A stretch of DNA of 64,000 bases from assembly GCF_006345805.1 (NCBI RefSeq), contig NC_042999.1, forward strand, positions 8,990,001 to 9,054,000, given 5' to 3'. Both the position numbers and the translations under genes were made by a program. The DNA comes from Octopus sinensis (Eukaryota). The notes beneath the pieces were generated by a model. The model was given only the letters and a program-made list of their open reading frames with translations, was not told where the DNA came from and made no database searches. Shown here piece by piece: positions 48,370 through 61,312 of the stretch (positions are counted from its first letter, which is position 1; every line of letters begins with the position of its first letter).

Positions 48370-49265
48370 AAATTATGTAAAACAATATTAGACTGTCAAG
48401 GTTAGGTTAAATTATGTAAAACAATATTAGACTGTCAAGGTTAGGTTAAATTATGTAAAACAATATTAGACTGTCAAGGTTAGGTTAAATTATGTAAAAC
48501 AATATTAGACTGTCAAGGTTAGGTTAAATTATGTAAAACTATATTAGACTGTCAAGGTTAGGTAAATTATGTAAAACTATATTAGACTGTCAAGGTTAGG
48601 TTAAATTATGTAAAACTATATTAGACTGTCAAGGTAGGTTAAATTATGTTAAAACTATATTAGACTGTCAAGGTTAGGTAAATTATGTAAAACTATATTA
48701 GACTGTCAAGGTTAGTTAAATTATGTAAAACTATATTAGACTGTCAAGGTTAGGTTAAATTATGTAAAACTATATTAGACTGTCAGGTTAGGTTAAATTA
48801 TGTAAAACTATATTAGACTGTCAAGGTTAGGTTAAATTATGTAAAACTATATTAGACTGTCAAGTTAGGTTAAATTATGTAAAACTATATTAGACTGTCA
48901 AGGTTAGGTTAAATTATGTAAAACTATATTAGACTGTCAAGGTTAGGTTAAATTATGTAAAACTATATTAGACTGTCAAGGTTAGGTTAAATTATGTAAA
49001 ACTATATTAGACTGTCAAGGTTAGGTTAAATTATGTAAAACTATATTAGACTGTCAAGGTTAGGTTAAATTATGTAAAACTATATTAGACTGTCAAGGTT
49101 AGGTTAAATTATGTAAAACTATATTAGACTGTCAAGGTTAGGTTAAATTATGTAAAACAATATTAGACTGTCAAGGTTAGGTTAAATTATGTAAAACTAT
49201 ATTAGACTGTCAAGGTTAGGTTAAATTATGTAAAACTATATTAGACTGTCAAGGTTAGGTTTAGG
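48370..49265. repeat. 39-bp tandem array, about 23 copies
   Basis: Unit GTTAAATTATGTAAAAC(T/A)ATATTAGACTGTCAAGGTTAG, with occasional 1-nt indels and no spacers. Confidence 0.95.
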
Positions 49266-50124
49266 CAGAGACAAAACACTAACTGAATGTGAAATGAGAA
49301 TTGAGGATTCGATTTTCAATTAGCGAATAAACGAGGAATCAATTATAATATCATCAATTCATATCCCGTCACAGAAGTAAAATTTCCTGATTTGAGATTT
49401 GTGCTAATTAATTCTTTACCAAAAGTATTTGATTGCGGTGTCAAAAGCACTACTAACGTTTTTTTCTTTATTAATTTCCCCTTTCTGCAACGTTTACAAA
49501 AGTCAAATTATCGATACTGTATTTCACTTGTCAGGTTCACCTCGCTGGGTATCGATATAAGAAAAACTGGGTTAATTGTTGAAATTCTTACAGTAATACA
49601 TACCCACTTGATACCCTGAAAACAAAAAGAAGACAAGGATTAACGTATGTACAGCTTAGCTTGATGTGTGTATATGAGTCTGTGTACAATTTGTCAAAAT
49701 TAGTAGGGCATTGACACAAATTGAGAAGTCTAGACCCATATTTCATCAAATATATAGACTTTGATTTATCTCTTACTCGGATTGCCCTGGCTTGATCGGT
49801 AATCGTTCGATCTTATAAACGATATCATAAAATTAGTCTAATATTGATAAAGTACTGCGTTGCGACTAGTGGACATTCAATACAAGACCGCTGCCAATTT
49901 TTGAAAATGTTCCGAGGTATGTCCGTCAGTCATGACGCAGTAATCTGCCAAATTTACCTAATTTCTTCATTGACATTTTGGCATATAAAGCAACCTCAGG
50001 AAAGTCAATTTACAGTTAAATTTTAGGCCAATCTTAAATGAAAATCTAATAGAGTAGATCATCTATTAGTTCGACATTTCTTATTTATGCTATCAAAAAC
50101 TGGGCTGCCATTATATTTGATATA

Positions 50125-50298
50125 TGTACATCATCCTCATCATCATTGTTCGACCGTGGTCGAGACAATGGAATTTACCATGCTACGTCAGACTTCACGG
50201 TCCATCATGGCATTACGGAGGTCCTGTTGCTGGATGCCTGTATCCCTGGAGATTACATCAGTGTAGGAGAGTGTGCGCCCTCTGGTATTGCGAGTACA
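50125..50298 (-). mobile_element. RTE-type LINE extreme 3' fragment
   Basis: Minus strand reads TRNTRGRTLSYTDVISRDTGIQQQDLRNAMMDREV.RSMVNSIV followed by a (GAT)n tail, which is typical of RTE C-termini. Confidence 0.6.
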
Positions 50299-50656
50299 CA
50301 CACACACACCACACACACACACACACATACACAAACTTACACACCCAAAGAAGATTTTTAACTTAACACGTAATTGTATGAAGGCATGACTAATACATCG
50401 CAGTCCGAGGATGGCTTAACTGGCCGACACATTGAAATCACTACGAACAATACTCTTGCATAGGAAAATTAATTCTATACTCTACAAAAGTATAGAGTGA
50501 CCCTTCGGATTAATGTAAACATGTTTTTTATTATAGCTGAACATAAAAGCAAACATTTAAACAACTAGAGAGAGGCGAGGGGGAGAGAGATAATATGTCT
50601 GCTTGTGTTTTTGTATTGTTGGTCATCTATCTATGATACATACGCACACACAATAC

Positions 50657-50700
<44 letters not shown>

Positions 50701-51419
50701 TGTGTGTGTGTGTATGTGTGTGTGTGTGTGTGTGCATGTGTATGCGCATCTGCGCGTGTTCGCGTGTATGTGTGTGCGTAATTATACATATGTAGGTATA
50801 TATGTACATGCATATGTATGTACACACACGTGCTGACACACCTACGTACATACTTTAACTAATATATTCTGATACATCATTCTATAAAACAAAACTTCGA
50901 TACACACAGATACCCGCACACACACACACACACACACACAAATACGCGAGTGCACACAACACACACGCACACACAGACACCACACACACACACACGCACA
51001 TACAGACACCACACACACACACTGGAAAGCACGAACATATATACGCATGTGCATATACGAAAGAAGACTATATCAGACGAACGAAGCACAATTCCAGATT
51101 AGCGTATTCTTGTAATCTTAATCCATATTTTTTCATGGATTAAGCTTGCAAAGACTGCCACTCCAGCAGCCATATGCAGAATTTCACAGAAGCACCCAAA
51201 CACACAGCTACACGCAAAAAATTCACATACGCAAGCAAGAAAAGAAAATAAAGACAGCCGCACAGATCTTTATCGGTTTTAAAGAAACCTGTACAGTTAT
51301 TTGCTTATAAATAAATACATCCACTCCAAAAAACCTGAACGCTGCATACGCATTGGAATTGTTTTCTTACCATTTCTACACAAGAAGTATTCCAGATATC
51401 TTTTATCTTTTGTTTTTTA

Positions 51420-51651
51420 ATTGTTTCAGCTATTAGACTGAGGCCATTCTGGGGCAACGTTTTGAAGAAGTTTTTATTAAATGATTGTTTTACTAAAATG
51501 TCTGCTACTTATTCTATTTTTCTTGTTTACCGAACCGCTAAGTTACGAAGACGGAGACACACCGACACTAACTGGTTCGGTGCCGCGGGACAAAAACAGA
51601 CACAAACACGCGTGCGCGCGCAGGCTGACTGACAGAAAGACAGACAGACAG

Positions 51652-51713
<62 letters not shown>

Positions 51714-51875
51714 GACAGATTTCTTTCAGTTTCCGTCTGACAAGTCTACTCACAAGGCTTTGGTCAGCCCGAGGCTATAGTAGAAGACACTTGCCCAAGA
51801 TGCTTCTTGTGGGACTGAACCCGGAACTATATATGGTTGGAAAACAAACATTTTATCACACGGCCACACTTGTGC
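51420..51875 (-). mobile_element. Diverged SINE family B
   Basis: Head and body recognisable. Confidence 0.7.
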
Positions 51876-53064
51876 CTTTCTATATTGTATTCTACGGCTA
51901 TGTTATGTATGCACAAACATATATAAAGAGAAGACCGAACAATGCAAATTTATTCCAAAATATCTGAAACATATTTACTTTACACGCTGAGGGAATTAAA
52001 TCCTATGAATGAGAGAGGGCTTTATCTTATCTAGATGGGTCACGTAAGATTGGACAGTAGCCACAAGGTTTTAGGTTGGTGTTCTTCTCTCAACCACTTC
52101 ACCGACCCAACAAGCACACATATTCACCCACGACCCGTTAACTCGATTCTAAGTTCATCATAAGTCGGTCAGTTGGTGAATGAAAAGAATGCAATCAGTT
52201 TTGCTTGTATTCCGAATTCAGCTTCCGTTTGGTATTGCTGTTTGTAGTAGCTTCATGTTATTTATTACCATAGATTTCTGCGTACATATTTCAGTGCGCG
52301 TGTGTACGTGTATTTTTCAGTTTTTCTGCGAATATGTTATTGAATCAAGCGATTCTGTATTTCAATAAACAGAAGCCATGTCAATGCAAATTCTTTTTAA
52401 GTTGACTGAAAATTCAAAACAAGAAAAGCGACAAATGCAAAACAAACAAAAAAAAAAAACATGAATAGGAATAGAAAACGAAATCGCAAAGATATGAATA
52501 ATAGCAGAGTTGTATCGGTGGACAGACTGATGCCGTTGCTAGAATCGAGATTTATAAAGTATAGTCGTGGAAATACATCTCACCAATATACTTGACATGC
52601 AATGATGTTCTCAAAGAACTGTGATCGATGAACCTAGATTCTCCTCAATTCTATTGTGCCACATGCGTCCAAAAAGACCAAATGAACTCGCAACAGAAAT
52701 AAAAACAATTTCATTTCTTACAAAGGAACATTGCATTTTCATGGCTTCTGTTTACTCAAATGGATGTTCATCGTGTTACACATACATTTTCTCATAAACT
52801 TGTATGCATAGATGCAAACATAAGCGCGCGCGCCCCCTCGTGTGCACACGCTAGCACGCACTCGCGTACATACATTATTATATTCGTGTATATGTGTGCG
52901 TGCATATGTTTGTGTGCGCTTATGTGCATATATGTATGTATGTTCAAGCATTCATCTTGTCGGAGTAATTAATTTATCAATTCGACTTTGTTGTACAAAT
53001 TCATGCCACCAGGAATATTGAGTTATTTCTCTTAATACAGTGTTTATATATGTATGTATGCATG

Positions 53065-53107
<43 letters not shown>

Positions 53108-53254
53108 CATACATATGTATACATACATATATACATACGTATACGTATATATATACATGTATTTATATATACGTATACATGTATAAATATGCGTGTTGAT
53201 ATTTATATATATATATATTATATATATTATATATATTATATTATTATTATTATT

Positions 53255-53870
53255 ATTATTATTATTATCATCATTCAGTAATCTTATTTTTATCACGTGC
53301 TTTCACTTCACTACCAAGAACAGCTCTGTGTGCCTTAGGTATGTGCTGTGATTTGTTGTGGTGCTCTTATGTTCACTGTATTGAGAGAATTTTATGTAAG
53401 ATGCTTGAAGTGCCTAGTAGAGCTATTTTTTGTATGTTATATACATTTGTAAGTCCTGATGATTCTGTTATGCATTTGTCTGAATATTTTTTTTAATATG
53501 CCTAATGCACCTGCTATGATAGGATTTGTTTCTGTTTTTAGATTCCACATTCTGGTTACCTCTATTTCCAAGTCTTTTTATTTTGAAAGTTTCTCGATTT
53601 CTTTTAGAGACACGTTGTCATCTGCTGGTATTGATACATCGATTAAAAAGCCTTCTTTTCTTGGTGATCTCTGACAACTATATCTGGCATGTTGGCCTTA
53701 ATTTCTCTCTCTGTATGTATTGGCATATCCCATAGTATGGTTGCTTTCTTGTTTTCTGTGACCTTTTCTGGTGTGTGCCTATACCATCTTTTTTCTGTTG
53801 TTATTCCATAATGTTGGCATAGCTTCCAGTGTATATAGGTCCCAACTCTGTCGTGTCTGTGAATAAATTC
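53255..53870 (-). mobile_element. R4/Dong-type LINE 3' fragment with restriction-like endonuclease and (TAA)n at the 3' end
   Basis: Manual minus-strand translation: RHDRVGTYIHWKLCQHYG...ILWDMPIHTEREIKANMPDIVV...LIDVSIPADDNVSLKEIEKLSK*KDLEIEV.RMW...PIIAGALG. This is a PD-(D/E)xK endonuclease with a frameshift and a stop. Confidence 0.85.
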
Positions 53871-53879
53871 TTCTCAGTC

Positions 53880-54116
53880 TTCTTTTTCTTCTTCTTCTTC
53901 TTCTTCTTCTTCTTCTTCTTCTTCTTCTTCTTCTTCTTCTTCTTCTTCTTCTTTTTCTTCTTCTTCTGCACCTCCTCCTCCTTCTCCTTTTTCTTTTTCT
54001 TTTTCTTCTTCTTCTTCTTCTTCTTCTTCTTCTTCTTCTTTTTCTTCTTCTTCTGCACCTCCTCCTCCTTCTCCTTTTTCTTTTTCTTTTTTTTCTTCTT
54101 CTTCTTCTTCTTCTTC

Positions 54117-54120
<4 letters not shown>
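53880..54120. repeat. (CTT)n polypyrimidine tract with an internal duplication
   Basis: Direct reading; ...ctgcacctcctcctccttctcc... occurs twice. Confidence 0.9.
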
Positions 54121-54148
<28 letters not shown>

Positions 54149-55200
54149 GCCATTTGCTTGGTTTGGGCTTAATTTCTCATAATTGCTAAACATATTCTCA
54201 TTATGACCATTATGTTTTTACGTTCTTCATTCGACCTGCCAAGAATTCTATTTCTAAGCTTTATCTTATAAAATTCATTTCTCTGTAGGGATCCAATATT
54301 GCTTTTAATTCTGAGGAATTTTCTTTCAATATATTAAATATGAACTTGTCTCATAATTTCGTGTGTGAGGTAGAGAATAGCAGTAAAATATGAACGTAGT
54401 ATTCAGATGTATTGCTCTTGTCCGTTCACATCGCTTTTTGTTATCTTTACTGGACTTTACAAGTATTGTCAGTTAACCCTTCTATTATCATATCTATCGG
54501 TTTGTAACGGTTTACGTATTTCTTATGACGCGAATTTTTGTTCACATTTAATTCTATTTTATACATCATGGGCCAAAACTGAAAGTCGGCATTCCCGTTT
54601 AAATCCTGGCCGAATGTTTCCATTGCTTTTGTTCGTGTTGTTTGCCATATTTTTTTTAATTTGTGTGGTTTAATGTGGTTTGACAGAGATTTGACTTTTG
54701 CGACATTAGTACACTAAAATGCGGTCGCTAATAGGACATTAGTGTCAACATTAACGCGACGTAAAGAGCATTAACATTTCACTGGTGGTGAGTCAAGTTA
54801 TTACTTACTTTGGACATTTTCCTCATTTTATTCGATGTTCTTCGTTGGATTTTGAATCAATGTTAATGGATTTTTTGTCGGAGCACTAAAATAGCTTTAT
54901 CTTCGATTAAGCATTCCCGACGCTGAGAGACAGAAAGAGAGAGAAGGATGAGGAGAAAGTGAGACAGAAAGAGAAATGTCACACTTTGAAAACATTCTAT
55001 TCTCCCAGATGAAAGAATAGCACCGAAGCTTCATAACTTTTTTTTTCTTTTTATCCTTTCTTCCAAGCTCAGGGAATTCTCCGAATAATTCTTGCCTCGT
55101 CACACAACCAAAAGAGGCTTCAGAATCTAGTTTGTATTAATTATTCTCTAAATTCAGCCATATGTAGTATGAGACGCATCTAAGCAATAAAGTGATAGCA

Positions 55201-55840
55201 TGTTTTCAACTGAATGTGACAGTCCCATGAAAGGGAAGAATGCTACTGTTATTTAGGCCTAGTGAACACCGTTTCTTGTTAGATTTGACACATTTCCTGT
55301 GTCCTTACGTTATCTCCCGTTTGAAAACATAAGGAGACAGGAAATGCTTCAAGTCCAACAGGAAACTGTGATTCCTAGGGCTAAATAACAGTAGCATTCT
55401 TCCCTTTCATGGGACTGTCACATTAAGTTGACAACATCCAATCACTTAATCGTGCTGCTACTGCATAAATCTCTCTGAGAGATTTAGAAATGTATTATTT
55501 CTATTTTCAAAGATCAGTGAATGTATTTCACTTGAAATATATATGTTTTCAAATTCATCGACAGCTATCAAGCCATGCTACTCCAGACTGATGATGAGCA
55601 ACGACTCTGAAACTAGTCTCTGGAAGCTGGCTTTGCTGGGTGGAGGTGCTTGTCTCCACTTTGAAAACATAAGGACACAGGAAATGTGTCAAGTCCAACA
55701 GGAAACGGTGTTTCCTAGGGCTAAATAACAGTAACATTCTTCCCTTTCATGGGACTGTCACATTAAGTTGACAACATACTATCATTTTATCGTGCTGTTG
55801 CTGCATAAATTTCTCTGAGAGATTTAGAAATATATTATTT
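55201..55840. mobile_element. Penelope/retrozyme-like composite: inverted arm + 1.5 tandem 340-bp units with a hammerhead
   Basis: 55201-55311 is the reverse complement of 55325-55436. 55321-55500 is directly repeated at 55661-55840. The hammerhead lies at 55582-55624. Confidence 0.65.
55582..55624 (+). ncRNA. Minimal type I hammerhead ribozyme motif (best-formed copy)
   Basis: uccaga-CUGAUGA-U-GAG[caacga]CUC-U-GAAAC-ua-GUC-ucugga. Stem I is 6 bp, stem III is the palindromic ACUAGU, and the triplet is GUC. Confidence 0.85.
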
Positions 55841-57483
55841 ATTGGAAGTTTAAAGGAAGAAGAATTCTGGACCAAGATGCTGTTATGTTACCGAAGCTAC
55901 TTGGTAATCAAAAAAAGAAAACAATTAAATGAAAACGCAGTGACTTAATCTATTTATATTTATTTAGCATTGATGGAAGTAAATGATAAGGTAATAAGAA
56001 TATCAAACCATTAGTCAAAGTACTTTCCGCTCAATAGACAATGTAGGACTATTAAATAATAAGGGGACTGAGTATTTTAAAGAAAAGTACCATTAGTTTA
56101 TATTTCAGAACTCTGTGAAAATTGTTTGGGTTGTGGATGAATATACCAGCTTCTCGTCGTTAATTTGCGTGAAGACTCTTTTCCTTGGATGTGACAAACA
56201 AATTCTGGATGTGCTAAGCTGATGGTTGCAGCAACACTTTGTTGGACAAAGTATAATATTAGAATTTGTTTGGAAAGAAATCGTGCATATTTCTAATACA
56301 ATGACTACTTTAACATGATTAATGTGAAAGATTTTGATATATCAGGAGATATATAAATATTAAAAGTTTCTGATCTAAAAAAGACATCGTTGGAGATGGC
56401 AACTGTTTGAATACAACCATTTCAGTTACGCCGTAAAGCATTATCGTTTTTTCATATCATCAGCCGGAGTCGTACAAGTTTCAAACATAGCAATTTCTCA
56501 AACTCTCTCTCTAAATCATCTGCTAAATATATTCTTGTGAGACTTCTTGTCCGTTCGCGTTTCTTTTAAAAATAAATTTGCCATATCACGATTTCTCTTC
56601 TTCTATTGCTCGGCATCTTTTTCATTTATCTTCATTTCTTCTGTATCTCCAGCATTTGTCATCATTTATTGATTTCTACAGACTTGTTTCGTCTTCTCTT
56701 ACGGTTATGAAATTCTGTTCTTCGTCACTATTTTCTCCTTTCATTTTGTTATCTCTTTTACATCGTTTTCCAAAGATATATTTCGAGTTAGTTTAACTAT
56801 TCACGAAGAAAAAATAATTTTATAAACACTGATAACGTAAGACTCTATCAAAATTAGAATAGAATGACTGTAAATATGTCATTACTCACGCGTTTCCTTT
56901 TGTTCTGGCATTTAGTCTTTACTCATAACTCAACTGGAAGACACAACACAACTAACAACACCGATATTTGCAGTCTCAGCATGAAATTTGGGAAAAATAA
57001 AATTCGTCCTACCATGTTTTCGATGAGATTAATTACATTCAGCAGAAAATGTAATTAGACATCGTAAAATCTGATTGTAAAATGGAAGTGACAAACTTTG
57101 ATGCTATCTTCTACATATGCTGAATTCCACTACGGTCAGAGAAATTTCCAAGGTTTACAAGAAACCGATGTGAGATTAAGATTTACTTGTGTTAGAAGAG
57201 TAAGAAACCGTGAAAATTATTCTTAAATTTATGAATTCTTAGATTACCAAATCTAAGTTTCATTCTCGTAGGCGTTATTTCATTTCAGTTGCTTCTCAAT
57301 TCTCTTGGTACCGGCGTTGATGTCACCCATTCTTCTTTCTCCGATAAGAAAGAACCAGTTTGGTGCAGGACAGGACAAAGATGTAAATAGCTACGTGGGT
57401 AAAACGTAGATAAATATTTTGTAGCATTTATTTTCGGAACGTTCTTTTCGGAACTAGAATGGCAGTATGCATCACTCTCTCTC

Positions 57484-57596
<113 letters not shown>

Positions 57597-58443
57597 CGTG
57601 TGTATGTGTGTGTGTGTGTGCTAAAATCAATCATTATGACACAATATATTTCGAGTGACAGAAACACGAAATAGGTGTACGGTTATCTGGAAAGGATAGA
57701 ATAGGTGTACAAAGAAAGACAGGGAGAAAGAGAGAGAGACAGACAGACAGACAGTAAGAGAGTGAGATAGAATTACTTTGTGAAGGGAAATAAACTGCGA
57801 TGGATGAAGAAATATAGAGAAGATGAACATTACCAAAAAATAAGGCAAATATGAAATGGAGAGAGACAGAGCGAGAGAGAGAGGGGGGCAAGATAAAATG
57901 TAAATGAAATTTACAAATGGTCGGAAATTCATCTTTAACCGTAATTCTAAATTGTTATTTGGATGCATGCATAAAATTCCTCAGGCATTCAACTGTTTGA
58001 AGCTTTTATTCCTTCCTAACAGATAATAAAAAAGAAACCTCTCAAAGATCCCTTTCTGAAGCAGCTTATATTGTTGACACTGAAGATAACACAAAACAAA
58101 TATAGTTCCTGAATAATCTTTTCACCATATTCGTTAAAGGAGTTTTTCTTAATTTACCTATTCCTGTCAGGTTGCGGGATGAGGGAAAAATCATTAGCAT
58201 TTCGTCCGTCTTTACGTTCTAAGTTCAAATTCAACTGAAGACGACTTCCATTTTACAATCAGTTTTTACAATGTCTAATTACATTTTCTGCTGAATGTAA
58301 TTAATCTCATCAAAAACATGATAGAACGAATTTTATTTTTCCCAAATTACATGATTAGGCTGAAATATCGGTGTTGTTAGTTATGTTAATTGTGTCTTCA
58401 AGGGGCCTATAAAACAAATTACAATTGAACAATGGGGTCGATA

Positions 58444-58678
58444 TATATTTCTTTATTGACCACCAGGGGCTACACGCAGAGGGGACAAACAAGGACAGAC
58501 AAACGGATTAAGTCGATTACATCGACCCCAGTGCGAAACTGGTACTTAATTTATCGACCCCGAAAGGATGAAAAGCAAAGTCGACCTCGGCGGAATTTGA
58601 ACTCAAAACGTAACGACAGACGAAACACTGCTAAGCATTTCGCCCGGCGTGCTAACGTTTCTACCAGCTCGCCGCCTT
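58444..58678 (-). mobile_element. SINE family A, full length
   Basis: Complete head and body, flanked by aatggg(g/a)tcgatata (a 15-bp TSD-like repeat with one mismatch). Confidence 0.8.
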
Positions 58679-59209
58679 AATGGGATCGATATAATCAACT
58701 TACAATTTCCCCGAAATTGCTGGCCTTGTGCCAGAATTTGAAACCAATTTACGTATCCTTCCAATCTAAGAATCATTTACTGTTTTACGTTGTGACTAAT
58801 TACATTACGCTGTCACCGTTTTGAGTCTACTCTGCTTGTTTCCAAGTACCACCTCATACACCTCCCACATCCATTCCCTCTACCTCACTCATCCCTCTCT
58901 GTTTCTTTTCAATCTTTACTTTCCAATCTCCTCCTTCCAATCTCTATGTAAACACAGCTTTTCTTGAGCTTCTTCCAATGCAATTTCAAAATCCAAAAGA
59001 TGAAATTTTAATCAATTCTAATCCTGCTGATTCGTTTGGAACACTTTTACGATAACACACCAAGTTTAGCTCTCTGCCTCTCTTTCTCGCGCTTCTTCTC
59101 TTTACATACATGCACGTAGATACAGCTACACGTGCATGGATATATAAGCATACAAACTTGTGTGTGTGTGTGTGTAGTTGAAGGCTATAGAAAAACGAAA
59201 GGCGACAAG

Positions 59210-59335
59210 TGTATGAACAACAAGCAAGTGTATTAGTTTGACGTTCGGGAAAATGGAAAAAAAAGTCTATTACGCTACAAGCCTACGTTCTTCAACAGAA
59301 AGGAATAAGAGAAAATTAACAGAGAATGAAAAAAT
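59210..59335 (-). mobile_element. Decayed copy of the 7270-7440 hammerhead-bearing short element
   Basis: Minus strand ctttctgttgaagaacgtaggcttgtagcgtaatagact aligns to ctttctgtcgaagagcgtaggctcgaaacgttaaagact. A related tail fragment lies at 19325-19405(-). Confidence 0.55.
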
Positions 59336-59576
59336 GAAAAGAATGAACAGAGAGCGAATGAAGACGCCTTGTGGATTTTAGCGGTCCGAAATAGTAAAAC
59401 AGAAGTTTATTTTGAGAACAAGCTATACGCATAAAATATAGGTACCAAAAGCTCATCCTTTATCAACTTGGCTTAGAAAACTAAACCCCCAATTGATTAG
59501 GATGTATGAGCGCCCCAATATAAAGCTGATGGGATATTTTACAGTCAGGTATTTAATGATATGCCAGAGGTGTATA

Positions 59577-59950
59577 AGGAGGAAGCGACGACGAGGGTTC
59601 CGGTTGATCCGAATCAACGGAACAGCCTGCTCGTGAAATTAACGTGTAAGTGGCTGAGCACTCCACAGGCACGTGTACCCTTAACGTAGTTCTCGGGGAT
59701 ATTCAGCGTGACACAGAGAGTGACAAGACCGGCCCCTTGAAATACAGGTACAACAGAAACAGGAAGTAAGAGTGAGAGAAAGTTGTAGTGAAAGAGTACA
59801 GCAGGGTTCACCACCATCCCCTGCCGGAGCCCCGTGGAGCTTTAGGTGTTTTCGCTCAATAAACACTCACAACGCCCGGTCTGGGAATCGAAACCGCGAT
59901 CCTATGACCGCGAGTCCGCTGCCCTAACCACTGGGCCATTGCACCTCCAC
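59577..59950 (-). mobile_element. SINE family C with a 14-bp TSD
   Basis: gccagaggtgtata at 59563-59576 and 59951-59964. Confidence 0.9.
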
Positions 59951-60129
59951 GCCAGAGGTGTATATTAAGTATGACACAACAGAGGTTGAATTATATATGA
60001 GATAAGAAGAGAATAATACTGATATATGCCCATGATTGATTTTATTGTCTCTTCAGCAAGATAATCCTTTTATTCTTCTATTTCCTTGAAAGCCCTCAGC
60101 TGAAATATAACTAACTAAAAAAGCTAGCT

Positions 60130-60247
60130 TGCACTCCGTCGGTTACGACGACGAATGGCGCAGTTGATCCGATCGACGGAACAGCCTGGTCGTGAAATCA
60201 ACATGTAAGTGGCTGAGCGCTCCACAGACACGCGTACCCTTAACGTA
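60130..60247 (-). mobile_element. SINE family C, 3' fragment
   Basis: Tail match only. Confidence 0.7.
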
Positions 60248-61078
60248 CCAGCTGAAATGTAACCCCACCACAATTTGTTGAATTGACATTGAAGGAATAT
60301 TTAATTAAACTTATATTAAAATATACGTTAATTGACTTAGAAATAATTGTTTGCGTATAAGTTAAGTAGAGATGTATGCATTCGTTTCGTTGCGTAAGAA
60401 TGTTTTTTTTTTCTCTCTAAGACAGAAGCTAAAGCTAGGGAATCACGGCAAACATATTAGAGATTGCAAGACTTTATGACGAAATTACGAAGAAATTTAT
60501 TGGTCAGAAGTATATCCTGAAAAATGTTGATGATATTCTGAAAATTCTCTTCTTCGAATGGTTCCAAAGATTTAAGGTAAAGCCGAAATTCACTTGAAAA
60601 AAAGTAAAAAAATATAAAGGCCTGGTAAAAGTCATCAGTCGACAATTTATTTTCAGCGAGCAAATAAAACGCCGCCTTACAAAGAAATAAAATTATCAGT
60701 TACTGACGAACAGTTTAGATAATTTTGAAATATAATTTGAAATATTTGGAAATATAAAATGATATTATAACAAAATAGATGGAAGCAGCGAAGTTCGTTT
60801 TATATCTTCAAGACCATTTGCAGCTAGAGCTGTCCTGAATATTTACACTTTGAAGAAATTCCGTGACTATTTGGAACGAAACCAATCAAAAACCAGTTTT
60901 GTAAGCGACAAGGTTTTGATCTACACTAATCAAATTTATTGCTAGGATTTTTCGAAAGCCAACATCAATGATCTTATATTTCGCTCTCCAATATAATAAA
61001 GGTATTCTCTGACTTTACGTTGCAAAACGTTTGGTCATCTCCTTCATATTTCCTTATGGAGTAATGTAAACTACTGAT

Positions 61079-61312
61079 ACCTATTTCTTTACTACCCACA
61101 AGGGGCTAAACACAGAGAGGACAAACAAGGACAGACAAACGAATTAAGTCGATTATATCGATCCCAGTGCGTAGCTGGTACTTAATTTATCGACCCCGAA
61201 AGGACGAAAGGCAAAGTCGACCTCGGCGGAATTTGAACTCAGAACGTAACGGCAGATGAAATACCGCTAAACATTTCGCCCGGCGTGCTAACGTTTCTGC
61301 CAGCTCGCCGCC
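61079..61312 (-). mobile_element. SINE family A, full length with TSD
   Basis: 11-bp direct repeat aaactactgat at 61068-61078 and 61313-61323. Confidence 0.9.

Noticed and set aside
48370-49265. CRISPR array or telomeric repeat
   Set aside because: Units are contiguous with no unique spacers, there are no cas genes and the context is eukaryotic. The TTAGG motif is embedded in a 39-mer and is not a pure telomeric run.
53779-54193. Poly-Arg/poly-Lys/poly-Phe ORFs
   Set aside because: These are translations of the (CTT)n tract.
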